The notes: generated by a model not told the origin, from the letters alone. 30,072 nt of DNA from Pseudobdellovibrionaceae bacterium (GCA_041288045.1 JBGGMM010000113.1:1-30072), one strand, 5' to 3'. Numbered from the stretch's first letter, positions 8,326 to 18,087 are shown. Translations and numbers: made by a program.

Positions 8326-9927
8326 TTATGAGTGGGCCTCAGCCAGGGGCCCACTTAATAGATCCCAGCCGAATTTTTCAAGTTTCGCATCGCCTATTCC
8401 ATGAATGCCCTTCAGGGTCTCAAGGCTTTGTGGGTTCTCAAAAGCCAAATGCTTCAATGTCTGATCACTGAAAATAACAAAAGCAGGAACATCCAGTTCC
8501 ATGGCCTTTTCTTTTCGCCACAGACGGAGATTTTGAAAACGCTTTTCAGCCCAGACATCCAAAACAATTTCTTTCTGCCCCGATTTGGGCCGGCGCTTGA
8601 CTGAAGCTGGGGCTTTCGTGCTTGCCTCCTGAGCTGTCCACATGGGTTGAGGGATCGTGACTTTTCGCTGGGAAGTGGGTGCACAATTATCACAATGGCC
8701 ACAGCTTTGAATTCTCTGAGAGTCTTTATAATAAGTGAGAATCTCGGCATGTCGGCATTCACTGCCTTCCGAGTAATTCACCAAAGCTTCCAAATTTCTC
8801 CAACGAAGGTCTTTGATGGCCTTCAAAGCTTGAGAACTTTGAATAAAGTAGGACTGCAGTCCTTTGTCTTTCTTTGAATAGAGCATCAGACATGTGGAGT
8901 CTTTGCCATCGCGTCCCGCTCTTCCCATTTCTTGATAGAGGGAATCAATATTGGCTGGCATTTGAAAATGCACGACCAAGCGAACATCGGGCTGATCGAT
9001 TCCCATTCCGAAAGCATTGGTCGCAACCAAAATTCGAAGTCCCCCCTGGATATAGGCCTCTTGCACCTGCGTTCGTTCTTTGCTGCTCATGCCGGCATGG
9101 TAAAATCCGACCTTGGCAAATCTTTCTTGCAAATGGGCAGTGAGATCCTCTGTGATTTTTCGAGTTCCACAATAAATCAGAACCCGCCCCTCAGGATGCT
9201 GCCTGAGTCCCTGAAGTAAAAATGTCATTTTCGCTTCATCATCCGCACAGGCTTCCACTTGGTAATACAAATTGGGACGATAAAAACCATGCACCATTCG
9301 CGCTGGATTTCGAAGTTTCAAATTTTTTGCAATGTCATTCAAAACTGTTGGAGTGGCCGAAGCTGTCAAAGCCAAGACAGGAACATCAGGCCGGAGTGTT
9401 TTTAAAACATGCAAAGCTGCGTACTCGGAGCGAAAATCGTGTCCCCACTGAGAAATACAATGAGCTTCATCGATGGCAAATAGCGCAATTTGACGATTTC
9501 GAATCCAAGCTTGAAATCCTTCTTTTTGCACTCGCTCAGGTGAAAGATAAAGAAGGTAGGGACCCTTTTCATTCATTTCAGAAAAAATTTTTCTTTTTTC
9601 GCTCTCTGGCTGGCCTGAATGCAAGCAGCCGGCCGCGATCCCCTGACGCTTGAGGGAACTCACTTGATCACGCATCAAAGCAATCAATGGCGAAACCACG
9701 ACGACCAATTGTTGAGATGAAATGGCCGGGAATTGATAACAAAGGGATTTACCACCGCCAGTCGGCAAAACGGCCAAAACGTCCTTCTTATCTAAAACAG
9801 CTGAGATGATTTCCCTTTGTCCAACACGAAACTGCAAAAGGCGAAAGCTCGATTGCAAAAGGCTTTCAAGGGATTCTGAATGGCTTGGCATACAAGGAGT
9901 GTTGTGCAATTGATGTTCCAAGGTCAA
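8326..9927 (-). CDS. recQ: RecQ-family ATP-dependent DNA helicase with HRDC domain
   Basis: LPTGGGKSLCYQ, SPLIALMRDQV, IDEAHCISQWGHDFR, ALTASAT, ATNAFGMGID, QEMGRAGRDG, zinc site CRH..CGHCDNC, HRDC (LRLWRKEKA..VPAFVIFSD..IHGIG). Start could be ATG 9891. Confidence 0.93.
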   Translation of the reverse strand: MTLEHQLHNTPCMPSHSESLESLLQSSFRLLQFRVGQREIISAVLDKKDVLAVLPTGGGKSLCYQFPAISSQQLVVVVSPLIALMRDQVSSLKRQGIAAGCLHSGQPESEKRKIFSEMNEKGPYLLYLSPERVQKEGFQAWIRNRQIALFAIDEAHCISQWGHDFRSEYAALHVLKTLRPDVPVLALTASATPTVLNDIAKNLKLRNPARMVHGFYRPNLYYQVEACADDEAKMTFLLQGLRQHPEGRVLIYCGTRKITEDLTAHLQERFAKVGFYHAGMSSKERTQVQEAYIQGGLRILVATNAFGMGIDQPDVRLVVHFQMPANIDSLYQEMGRAGRDGKDSTCLMLYSKKDKGLQSYFIQSSQALKAIKDLRWRNLEALVNYSEGSECRHAEILTYYKDSQRIQSCGHCDNCAPTSQRKVTIPQPMWTAQEASTKAPASVKRRPKSGQKEIVLDVWAEKRFQNLRLWRKEKAMELDVPAFVIFSDQTLKHLAFENPQSLETLKGIHGIGDAKLEKFGWDLLSGPLAEAHS

Positions 9928-9952
9928 TCTTCATTTTAATGAAAAATAACAC

Positions 9953-10705
9953 TCACTGTCCGACTTTTTCATTGGAGTTTTCTTCCCACTCCCATTCAAT
10001 GACTTCTCGTTGGCGAAACCGCCTCTTGTTCAGAAGAAAGTAAGCAGCCCCCCAAAGCACACCAAAAACAAAGCCAATGGCGTGACTGCGATAACTGACT
10101 TGCGGATCAAAGGCCTCAGCTGGGAAAAAGAGAACAAGACCGACGCCCAAAGCTCGAAGCCAGCGCTGACCCCAGCTTTGTCGTCGGTCCAAAAAAAGAT
10201 ACAAAGAGAGCCAAGCTCCACCCATCCAAAAAACCACACCGGAAGCGCCAATCAAAGAAACCTCAGCAGGCATGGCAGAAATTGCAACTAAATTGATCAA
10301 TCCTCCAAAAACAAAGGCAATGAGAGGGAACACGAGGGAACCAAAATAAGCATTGAGAAAATATCCCAGAATAAAAAACAAAAATGAGTTGGAGAGAAGG
10401 TGTTTAAAATCGGCATGCAGAAAAAGCGCACTCCAAAGCCGGTACCATTCTTGGGATTGAAAAACTTTTTCTCCGCTCACTCGAAAAAGCAACTGCCACT
10501 GCGGAAATTGCTCAAATGCCAGCAGACCGGGAAGAGCCAGTATCAACAGCGACAGAAGAGTCAGATTCAAAGCTGAAGACGCTGGTCTTTGGCTGAGCCA
10601 GGTTTGCCGAACCAAAGCCTGAGGCTTGAATTTTGGAAGCTCCGAAGTCAATGGCCCGATGGGACCTCCTTGCATAGAATCTGAGCTTGCTTCGCTCTTT
10701 GTCAA
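9953..10705 (-). CDS. Rhomboid family intramembrane serine protease
   Basis: WYRLWSALFLHAD..HLLSN, catalytic GASG, VSYRSHAIG; several TM helices. Start uncertain (10705 or 10675). Confidence 0.9.
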   Translation of the reverse strand: MTKSEASSDSMQGGPIGPLTSELPKFKPQALVRQTWLSQRPASSALNLTLLSLLILALPGLLAFEQFPQWQLLFRVSGEKVFQSQEWYRLWSALFLHADFKHLLSNSFLFFILGYFLNAYFGSLVFPLIAFVFGGLINLVAISAMPAEVSLIGASGVVFWMGGAWLSLYLFLDRRQSWGQRWLRALGVGLVLFFPAEAFDPQVSYRSHAIGFVFGVLWGAAYFLLNKRRFRQREVIEWEWEENSNEKVGQ

Positions 10706-10756
10706 GACTCAGCCAAAATGATTGTCGGAACCCTTCAAATGAACTCTAATGGGCGC

Positions 10757-11029
10757 ATGGATCTGAAACACCAGACTGAAAACCACCCTCCTGTTCTTGT
10801 CCCTGTGGAGGCCCTGAGTGCCGAGACTCTTCAGGCTTTGATTGAATCCTTTATCCTTCGTGAGGGAACAGATTATGGTCGCCAGGAAGTCGAGCATCAA
10901 ACCAAACTGGAGCAGATCAAAAGACAAATGGACAAAGGCCAAGTCAAAATCGTTTTTGACCCCAATTCGGAATCAGTGACTTTGATGACCGACCGAGATT
11001 GGAAAAGGCTTTCAACAAATCAAAACTGA
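10757..11029 (+). CDS. yheU: YheU/UPF0270 family protein
   Basis: VPVEALSAETLQALIESFILREGTDYG..L..K..QI..Q...G..KIVFD..SESV is the YheU signature. Confidence 0.85.
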   Translation: MDLKHQTENHPPVLVPVEALSAETLQALIESFILREGTDYGRQEVEHQTKLEQIKRQMDKGQVKIVFDPNSESVTLMTDRDWKRLSTNQN

Positions 11030-11039
11030 AAAAATAAAT

Positions 11040-11753
11040 TTATCGCTGATTTCGAGAGGCCAGCTCTCGTTGAGATTCGGCGAGATTGCTTCGCTGCTCA
11101 TTTTGCACATTCTCCCAGATTCTCTGGCTCACAGGACCTGGCAAAAGAGATTCGATTGGACCCAATGAAGAAGGCGCAATCGATGTTGCATGATAAAGAA
11201 TTTCGCCTTTGATCCCGGCTAAAATTTCACGCAGCTCTTGAGGAAGCTTGTCATTTTCGACCTGAGGGTCTTGAATCAATTGTTTGCTCACTTCAAGAGC
11301 TGTTTTTTGATCCCCGCTTTGAAGAGCCTCCATCAAAAAATCCAAAGCGGCATTTTCGCTGGTTTCGTACTGAGGATCCTGCATCAGGTGGACATTTCGC
11401 AAAGTCTCGCCCAGAGAGCGCAAAAATTCGGAGTTTTTCAAAAGCGATTTTTTCTTTTCCTGCTCAGCGGCTGTGGGAAAAGGCTTGGCTTTGATGATTT
11501 GAAGCTCTCTCAATTCAGCTTGCAAACTGGGATTGAGTCTTTCTTTTTTCACTTGAGCAGAAGTTGTTGGAACTGGAGTGAGCACCTCTGAAGACTTCTC
11601 TTCCTGTTTTTCTTCAGATTTTTTTTCCGATTTTTTTTCAGAAGAAGCCGTCGAGTTGATAGAAACGGAACTTGGGTCCTTTTTGAAAAGGACCCAAGCC
11701 GTTGCGACTAGTAATAAACCAGTCATTGGAATAATCAAAGACTTCTTCAACAT
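11040..11753 (-). CDS. Hypothetical N-terminally anchored alpha-helical protein, coupled to the Hint protein
   Basis: Its ATG overlaps the upstream TGA (TGATG); one TM helix, an SEKK/SEEK repeat linker, then a helical domain. Confidence 0.8.
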   Translation of the reverse strand: MLKKSLIIPMTGLLLVATAWVLFKKDPSSVSINSTASSEKKSEKKSEEKQEEKSSEVLTPVPTTSAQVKKERLNPSLQAELRELQIIKAKPFPTAAEQEKKKSLLKNSEFLRSLGETLRNVHLMQDPQYETSENAALDFLMEALQSGDQKTALEVSKQLIQDPQVENDKLPQELREILAGIKGEILYHATSIAPSSLGPIESLLPGPVSQRIWENVQNEQRSNLAESQRELASRNQR

Positions 11754-14509
11754 CAAGGTCGTCCCTTATTTTCAAAGGCACCTCGAAAGAGGTTTTCTCG
11801 AAACAGGGCGCGATTCATAAATTTGGCGCCTTCGTTCTGGTAAAAGGCAGTCCCATTCAGATAGCCGTTCACTACCACCACATTCTTTTTCAAGTCATTG
11901 GATTTCACGAAAAGGTTGTAGACCTTGCCATGAAAAATCGTTTTCTCAATCGAGACAATAGGATCCAAGATTCCACCCAATTGCACCAAAGATTCTCCGA
12001 CTTGAAAATCATGAGCCAGTTTCATCACGCCGCTTTGGGCCAAAATCGGATGATTGGGAGTGACCTTTAATTGTCCCCCGGATTTCATCGTGAAAACCAA
12101 GATTTCATGATCTTCATCAAAGAGTTCAGTGACCCAATTATCAACTGCTGATTTGGCAACAGTTTTGCTGCTCATTGAGCTTGCGCTGTGCAAAGTTCCC
12201 ACCCAAGGCATCTGCTCTGTGAGAGCCTGAATAAATGAGACATTTTTCATGTTTCTCTCTTTTTGAGCCTGCGCCAAAATCATTTGATCTGGAGTTGCGC
12301 AAGAAGAGACACACACTGCTCCGATATAGGCCCCAGCTGGGGCTTGGCAAGAGGAGGTTTTCGCCTTTGGTGCAATCCATGGTTTTTTTGATTTTGGATC
12401 CATAAAAGTTGGGTACAAAAGACGAACCCCTTCGTCGATATGCAGTCCCTTGTACTGAGCCTCTGTCATCGAGCTTAAAAACTCTTTCACAGCTGGGATT
12501 TGATCCGCACATTTTTTCATCCAAGCCAATCGTCCTTTGGCCTGCTCGTTGGTCAAAGAATCGTGCGAGCATCGGTAAGGGACCAGGTCGCGACAGTAGG
12601 TTTCTTGCACCCAAGGACCTGCTGTGACTTGAGAATCGACGGCTTGAACTTGATGATCCTGGCAGGCGTAAGTGGTCGTGGTTGTGACTTCGCGGCTTTG
12701 AAGAATCACACCAATTTGATTTTTTGGACAAGTCGCACTGCTGCCCGCTTCTTCGGTACTGACTGAAGATTCCGAACGACGAACAGCTTCAGGATTTGCA
12801 TCACACAGCCTTTCTACCAAAGGCGCAGAACCTGAACATCGCGAAGCTTCAGTCACTTGACCTAAATTGTCGCGGCATTCGAAAACCTGTTGCTGCTTTC
12901 CACCGCAATCGGCAGAACATGTGCTCCATTGATTGCTGGCGACGAATGAATACGTGGGGCAAAGACCAGCGGTTTTTATTTCACCTTTTCGGGTGTTCGT
13001 GGTTTGAACCGATCCATCCTGACAAACCAAATCTGAAACCAATTGATAGGTGCTTGTGATTCCCTGCTCACCAAAAGCGCAAGTCACTGCTTCCGAAGTT
13101 TCTCCGGTCACAACTCCAGTTTGAGTGCTCCCATGGGATCCGAAATCACCGCAGCCATTGTGACAGGTGAGATACTTGGCCTCATTGGATCCGGATAAAA
13201 CCCCATTTTGGCAAAGCCGAGTCTGCTGCACAGATTGACAAGAATCGACCGGCGTTTTGGATGTGTAGAGAGATCGCGATTCACCATCTTTTAAATTTTC
13301 AGTGCCATTTTCAGTGGTGATTTGGCAAGACTGCCCCAAGCAAGCTCCTTCATTGATCAGGACTCGCTCTCGTGAAATCTCACTCCAGACCAGGAATTCA
13401 CCTGAAATCTGACATTTCTGAGTGATCTGCTCTCGATAAGTCATGATTTTTTTGCCATCGGCTCCGCAGGCCACCTCTTCTGTGCTAGTTGCGCCCTCTT
13501 GCACTCGGCTGGCCCCCTCATTCAGACAGTGATTGGGATCATTGGGATCTGAAATCGGCCCTGGCATTTCCTCTAGATTGTCACTGACTGTAATAAAACG
13601 ATGCAAAGTCAAAGATCGATTGTTTAAGAAAACCTCAGCTGTGATTTCAAAATCACCGGCAGTGGCAAAGCGATGTCCCGCCTGCGCTCCAGTGGCTGAT
13701 CCAGAGCCATCACCGAAATTCCAGACAATCTGAGTCACCTGAGTTTTCAAACAGTCCGTCAGGTTCACCGAGTAAGTCACCAGTCGATCCAAGGGAACTT
13801 CGGTGGGTCCAGCAATATCCAGTTGGTCCAATGGACAAAACTGACCTTCCGGAAGCTGCAAAATGGAAATCAAATGTTGGACTGTCAAAGATTGACCATT
13901 TTCATCTTTGGCTGTGACAGTGATTGTGAATGTTCCTTCAGGAAAAGCATGAGTGATAGAAGAAAGCGAATTTTCAATGGCAGATTCATCACCAAAATCC
14001 CATTGAGCTTCGGATAAGGCGACGCCCTCTGGAGATTTCAAAGTGAAAGTGAGGGGCTGATCCGCAAACCCAGCTTGCGGACCTTCAATCAAAAGAGCAG
14101 AATCGGCCACAGCAACTCGGGTTGAAATTGTCATTTCTGAAACAGATTTATTTTGATTGGCGGAAACTTCGGGTGGAAGTGCGACAGAAATAAAGTACAC
14201 TCCAGATCCTTGAATTTTGGCTTTGATTTCAGAGCCTGAACCTAAATAGGTGTCACCCACTGTCCAGACGGCTTTTTGAGCTGAATCACAATTCACTCCG
14301 GGGCTGAGACTGAGAGCAGTTGCCAGTCCCGATTTGAGATTTTCTGTTCCAAGCATGCTGACATTTTGACTTTTCCCTTGTTGGCATGAAGCTGACGACT
14401 GAAGCCCTTCACTGACAGACGTGTTTTCACCTTCTCCAGGTGCGCCTGACTTCTGACAGGCTGACAGAAAAAGACTGCTGAGAATGAGAAGCCACATTGA
14501 GGTTTTCAT
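11753..14509 (-). CDS. Large lipoprotein: two PKD domains, Cys-rich modules, thrombospondin type-1-like repeat, C-terminal Hint domain
   Basis: AAGGAG before ATG 14509; lipobox LSA-C; PKD motifs WDFGD and WNFGDG; WSTCSADCGG..Q.FECRD (TSP1-like); Hint motifs S-CATPDQMI, LKVTPNHPI, AHDFQVGESL, KVYNLFV...VVVNGYL. Confidence 0.85.
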   Translation of the reverse strand: MKTSMWLLILSSLFLSACQKSGAPGEGENTSVSEGLQSSASCQQGKSQNVSMLGTENLKSGLATALSLSPGVNCDSAQKAVWTVGDTYLGSGSEIKAKIQGSGVYFISVALPPEVSANQNKSVSEMTISTRVAVADSALLIEGPQAGFADQPLTFTLKSPEGVALSEAQWDFGDESAIENSLSSITHAFPEGTFTITVTAKDENGQSLTVQHLISILQLPEGQFCPLDQLDIAGPTEVPLDRLVTYSVNLTDCLKTQVTQIVWNFGDGSGSATGAQAGHRFATAGDFEITAEVFLNNRSLTLHRFITVSDNLEEMPGPISDPNDPNHCLNEGASRVQEGATSTEEVACGADGKKIMTYREQITQKCQISGEFLVWSEISRERVLINEGACLGQSCQITTENGTENLKDGESRSLYTSKTPVDSCQSVQQTRLCQNGVLSGSNEAKYLTCHNGCGDFGSHGSTQTGVVTGETSEAVTCAFGEQGITSTYQLVSDLVCQDGSVQTTNTRKGEIKTAGLCPTYSFVASNQWSTCSADCGGKQQQVFECRDNLGQVTEASRCSGSAPLVERLCDANPEAVRRSESSVSTEEAGSSATCPKNQIGVILQSREVTTTTTYACQDHQVQAVDSQVTAGPWVQETYCRDLVPYRCSHDSLTNEQAKGRLAWMKKCADQIPAVKEFLSSMTEAQYKGLHIDEGVRLLYPTFMDPKSKKPWIAPKAKTSSCQAPAGAYIGAVCVSSCATPDQMILAQAQKERNMKNVSFIQALTEQMPWVGTLHSASSMSSKTVAKSAVDNWVTELFDEDHEILVFTMKSGGQLKVTPNHPILAQSGVMKLAHDFQVGESLVQLGGILDPIVSIEKTIFHGKVYNLFVKSNDLKKNVVVVNGYLNGTAFYQNEGAKFMNRALFRENLFRGAFENKGRP

Positions 14510-14654
14510 GGAACCAACTCCTTGGTTGATTCTAGTTTGAAGCTCAAATTGGAAAATAGAAAAGGATTCCAATGAATTGCGCCATCTTGGCTGACCACGA
14601 AAAAGGCAAAAAAGAAAAGATTTAAAAAAGCGTCAAGGATTTCGTCAAAAAATG

Positions 14655-14689
14655 AAAAAGCCGTGATCACAATGAATCAACGGCTTTTT
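14655..14689. terminator. Intrinsic terminator, potentially bidirectional
   Basis: AAAAAGCCGT ... ACGGCTTTTT inverted repeat about 30 nt downstream of the 14719 stop; it separates the signalling cluster from the Hint gene. Confidence 0.75.
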
Positions 14690-14718
14690 ATGAGATATCA
14701 AATCAGTTCAATCGTCGA

Positions 14719-15018
14719 TTAGTGAAGATTGGGATTGGTTTCGTAATCTGAACCTTCCAATTTGACGAGTTTATTGTAAATTCCCATCAACATGAAACTT
14801 GGAACCCAAAGACCCACGAAATTGGCCAGACTTTTTCGCTCTGTGAAAAGAGCCAGTCCTGCTGAAATCGCCATGCTACCGACTGCCAAACCTAAATATC
14901 CAAGCGAAGGAACTTTGGCAGTGACATTTTCAATTTTCTTTGTGACTTCACCCTCAGTTGCATGAGGGGTCGTTGCATTTGCACTGCTGCTCGTTCCGTA
15001 TGAAGCTGTTTTTTCCAT
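14719..15018 (-). CDS. Small two-TM membrane protein of unknown function
   Basis: GGAGG before ATG 15018; 99 aa; EGEVTKKIE..TAKVPS..YLGLAVGSM..ANFVGLWVPSFMLMGIYNKLVK looks like a genuine conserved small membrane protein. Confidence 0.8.
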   Translation of the reverse strand: MEKTASYGTSSSANATTPHATEGEVTKKIENVTAKVPSLGYLGLAVGSMAISAGLALFTERKSLANFVGLWVPSFMLMGIYNKLVKLEGSDYETNPNLH

Positions 15019-15042
15019 AAGACCTCCTGTTGACTCAACATT

Positions 15043-15058
15043 TGCAACGCAAATGCCA
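15043..15058 (-). promoter_or_regulatory. Sigma54 (-24/-12) promoter
   Basis: Minus strand TGGCATTTGCGTTGCA (GG-N10-GC), 24 nt upstream of ATG 15018. Confidence 0.8.
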
Positions 15059-15150
15059 CTGCTCTTTATCTGTTGTTTGCAATTGCTATCCTTCAGAAGT
15101 GGCAGATTTCCCATTTCTGAGTAATGACAGACCCAAACAGCCAGATTCTT

Positions 15151-15420
15151 TTAGGGCGTAGGAGCCAATTTTGAACTCGAATCTGAGACCCGATCCACAA
15201 AATGGGGTTGACCCGACATGCGAGCACAACTGGCACAACAAAAAAACTGGCCAGCCTCTTCGAGTCCATGACCTAAAATCCTCACTCCACAGTGATAGCA
15301 CTTTGGCGCTAAAGCGTGAACGGCACACTCAAAGCAGTCAAAGTTTTTTTCTTGACCATCCATCGTGATAGTCATCATCTTATCGTATTGGTTTCCACAA
15401 ACATCACAAACACCAATCAT
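15151..15420 (-). CDS. Small Cys-rich metal-binding protein (prokaryotic metallothionein-like / TRASH-like)
   Basis: CDVCGN.YDK..FDCFECAVHALAPKCYHCG.RILGHG.E....FCCASCA; AAGGAG upstream. Confidence 0.8.
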   Translation of the reverse strand: MIGVCDVCGNQYDKMMTITMDGQEKNFDCFECAVHALAPKCYHCGVRILGHGLEEAGQFFCCASCARMSGQPHFVDRVSDSSSKLAPTP

Positions 15421-15456
15421 CAGGCACTCTCCTTTCCGTCATTTTGCTTTTGATTC

Positions 15457-15472
15457 AGCAACCTTGATGCCA
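15457..15472 (-). promoter_or_regulatory. Sigma54 (-24/-12) promoter
   Basis: Minus strand TGGCATCAAGGTTGCT (GG-N10-GC) inside the 58-nt gap, 36 nt upstream of ATG 15420. Confidence 0.8.
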
Positions 15473-15478
15473 GCCGAT

Positions 15479-16672
15479 TCAAGCCGAAGGTTGCGCTTCG
15501 ACACTGCTGTCTGGAATTTTCTCTAAAAGAACTGTTAAGACAAAAGTAGATCCCTGACCAGGGGCTGTGGCTTTGAGTAACAAATCCCCCTTCAGTGCCC
15601 GCGCCAGTTGTTGTGCAATCACCAGCCCAAGACCTGTTCCCCCATACTGCCGCTTGGTCGAAGCATCTGCTTGCGTGAAAGGCTGAAACAAGGACTCTGC
15701 CTGCTCGGGAGTCATGCCAATGCCAGTATCTGTCACGGTGATCGTCAATCGATCAAAATTCTCGTTCTCATGAGTGAGATCAAGCGCCCGAGTTTCCATT
15801 TCAACTCGCACTTCACCTTGATTCGTAAACTTAATGGCATTGCCAATCACATTGATCAGGATTTGCTTCAGACGAACCGGATCACAGAGATAACTTTGTT
15901 GCATTGAATTCTTGAAAACAGAAGAGAGCTGAATCTTTTTTTCTTCCGCTCTCTTTTGCAAAATTGAAATCACGTCCTGAATAAGCTCTTGAAGATTGAA
16001 TTTTACCTTTTCAAGAACGAGTCTTTGAGCTTCAATTTTAGAAAAATCCAAAATATCGTCAATGATTCTTAAAAGCAGATGACCATTCCGGCGAATAGCT
16101 TCGCCAAATTGCTCGCGTTCCGAATCTGATATATCACTTTGAGAAATCAGATCGGCAAAACCCATCACTGCGCCCAAAGGGGTTCTGATTTCGTGGCTCA
16201 TATTCGCCAAGAATCGGCTTTTTGCCAAATTGGCGGCATCAGCCTCAATACGCAGCCGATTCATTTGTTCCAATTGCTGCTTCAATTTTTTATTCTGTTG
16301 ATCAATTTGCACAAAAGCTTTGACCTTGCTTCGAACCACATGCGGATCCAAGGGCTTAAATAAAAGGTCCACAGCACCCGTTTCATAGCCTTCAAAAATA
16401 AAAGACTGCTCTTGCAGGTGGGCTGTCACAAACATAATTGGCAGACCACGGAATCTTTTCACTCCGCGAATCAGCCGCGCCAGTTCAAAGCCACTGACGA
16501 TCGGCATTTGTACATCCAAAACGGCCAGCGCAAAATCATGATTCATCAAAAGATTCAATGCGCGATCCGCATCCTGCGCCGAGATCACCTCAATCTCGTC
16601 GCTCTCAATCAAGCGTGTGAGAGCTTTGATATTCTCTGGTTGATCATCAACCACGAGGATGTTGGTCTTCAT
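15479..16672 (-). CDS. Cytoplasmic hybrid kinase, REC-HisKA-HATPase
   Basis: ILVVDD..LDVQMP..FVTA..KP receiver; [14 protein letters not shown]-box; [32 protein letters not shown]. Confidence 0.93.
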   Translation of the reverse strand: MKTNILVVDDQPENIKALTRLIESDEIEVISAQDADRALNLLMNHDFALAVLDVQMPIVSGFELARLIRGVKRFRGLPIMFVTAHLQEQSFIFEGYETGAVDLLFKPLDPHVVRSKVKAFVQIDQQNKKLKQQLEQMNRLRIEADAANLAKSRFLANMSHEIRTPLGAVMGFADLISQSDISDSEREQFGEAIRRNGHLLLRIIDDILDFSKIEAQRLVLEKVKFNLQELIQDVISILQKRAEEKKIQLSSVFKNSMQQSYLCDPVRLKQILINVIGNAIKFTNQGEVRVEMETRALDLTHENENFDRLTITVTDTGIGMTPEQAESLFQPFTQADASTKRQYGGTGLGLVIAQQLARALKGDLLLKATAPGQGSTFVLTVLLEKIPDSSVEAQPSA

Positions 16673-17246
16673 AAGCTCCTTTTCTCTGCATCAACCGATT
16701 GAGAAATGCTGAAATCTCGGCAAGATCTAAAATCAAGTCTGGTTGAAAGATCTTAATTGCCGATGATGGCATCATTGACAACTCTGCCGTTTGCGGCGAC
16801 TGGACGATGGTTATTCCTCCTCTTTTTTTGATTTCAAACAAACCGAGTGCCCCATCTTCGTTGGCGCCAGTCAAAAGGACTCCAGTGAGAGCTTTGGCAA
16901 AAACAGAAGCTGCTGATTCGAAAAAAACATCAATCGAAGGTCTTGAAAAATGCACGGGTTCGTCCACTGAAAGCGCAAAACAGGAGTCTTTTTCAAGTAG
17001 GACATGATAACCCGGAGGACAAAGGTACACTCCGCCTTTTTCAAGAGGCATTTTATCCTCAATTTCACGCACTTTGAGCGAAGTGTATCTCTGGATACCC
17101 ATTCCATGGGGACCATTCGACCTTGCCGAAAGGTGCTGAACCATGACGATAGGGATTTGAAAGTCGCCTCGCAAACTGGAAAGAATTTTTTGAAAAGCCG
17201 AAATTCCACCTGCCGATGCGCCAATGGCAATCATTTTAATTTGCAT
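16647..17246 (-). CDS. cheB: Stand-alone CheB methylesterase catalytic domain, no receiver
   Basis: IGASAGG (Ser), VQH (His), [25 protein letters not shown] (Asp). Start reassigned to ATG 17246, overlapping the cheR stop. Confidence 0.9.
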   Translation of the reverse strand: MQIKMIAIGASAGGISAFQKILSSLRGDFQIPIVMVQHLSARSNGPHGMGIQRYTSLKVREIEDKMPLEKGGVYLCPPGYHVLLEKDSCFALSVDEPVHFSRPSIDVFFESAASVFAKALTGVLLTGANEDGALGLFEIKKRGGITIVQSPQTAELSMMPSSAIKIFQPDLILDLAEISAFLNRLMQRKGAYEDQHPRG

Positions 17247-18087
17247 GAAGACCTTCCTTTCCCCATGCAAGATTTTCTTTCTGAAAAATTTTATGTTTCG
17301 GATCAAAGACCCGATAACTTCGGTGCAGGGAAGAAAAGCGAGTCGTCTCTTTGCTGCCAAGAACAAGAAAACCATGATAGACCAAAGAATCATGAAAAAG
17401 CCGCAGAACCCGATCCTCTAAAGTGCGATTGAAATAGATCAAAACGTTTCGACAGAGAATCAAGTGCATTTCGCGAAAGACGTGATCGGTCGCCAGGTTG
17501 TGTTCTTCGAAAAGAATGTTTTCCTTGAGTTCGTTCTGAAAATGTCCAAATCCCTTTTTCACTGTGTAATAATCCGAAGGGCTCTGAGTCCCGCCAGAGG
17601 CGGTGTAATTGTGAACATAGCTTTGAAAAGTTGAAAGCGAATACCGGCCTTCTCGGGCCATTTCGAGAGCCCGTGGATTGATGTCAGTCGCAAAAATATT
17701 GGAGCGGCTGTAAAGCCCTTCTTCTAGCAGAATGATCGCTAAACTATAAACCTCTTCACCTGTGCTACAACCGGCAACCCAGATATTCAACCGAGGATAG
17801 GTCTTTAAAATTGGAACGAGGCTTTCCCGAATGGTTTTAAAGACCAAGGGATCGCGAAAGAGCTCTGTGGTTGAAATTGTCAAAAAAGGCAGAATTTTTT
17901 CAAATAGCTCGGGATCGTTGTACACTTTTTTTAAAAAATCGAAGCCGTCTTGAAATTCGAACTTTTTAAAAATGTTCTGCAGTCTTCGACTAAATGAGGA
18001 TTCTGCATACTTACGAAAATCATATCCATATTTCAGAAAGATTCCCTCTAAAATCAGTTTTTGCTCGAGAGAATCAACCGAGCTCAT
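17236..18087 (-). CDS. cheR: CheR-type protein-glutamate O-methyltransferase
   Basis: GYDFRKY, TELFRDP, IWVAGCSTGEEVYSLAI, ATDIN, LILCRNVLIYF, GFLVLGSKE. Confidence 0.93.
   Translation of the reverse strand: MSSVDSLEQKLILEGIFLKYGYDFRKYAESSFSRRLQNIFKKFEFQDGFDFLKKVYNDPELFEKILPFLTISTTELFRDPLVFKTIRESLVPILKTYPRLNIWVAGCSTGEEVYSLAIILLEEGLYSRSNIFATDINPRALEMAREGRYSLSTFQSYVHNYTASGGTQSPSDYYTVKKGFGHFQNELKENILFEEHNLATDHVFREMHLILCRNVLIYFNRTLEDRVLRLFHDSLVYHGFLVLGSKETTRFSSLHRSYRVFDPKHKIFQKENLAWGKEGLHAN

Noticed and set aside
11849..12301. Mobile self-splicing intein
   Set aside because: No homing endonuclease, no terminal His-Asn, and it sits at the C-terminus of an exported protein rather than inside a conserved enzyme.
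14569..14584. TGGCGCAATTCATTGG upstream of the Hint lipoprotein as a sigma54 promoter
   Set aside because: No GC at the -12 position.
16647..18087. Chemotaxis operon
   Set aside because: No cheA, cheW, cheY or MCP; CheB lacks a receiver and both genes are embedded between hybrid kinases.
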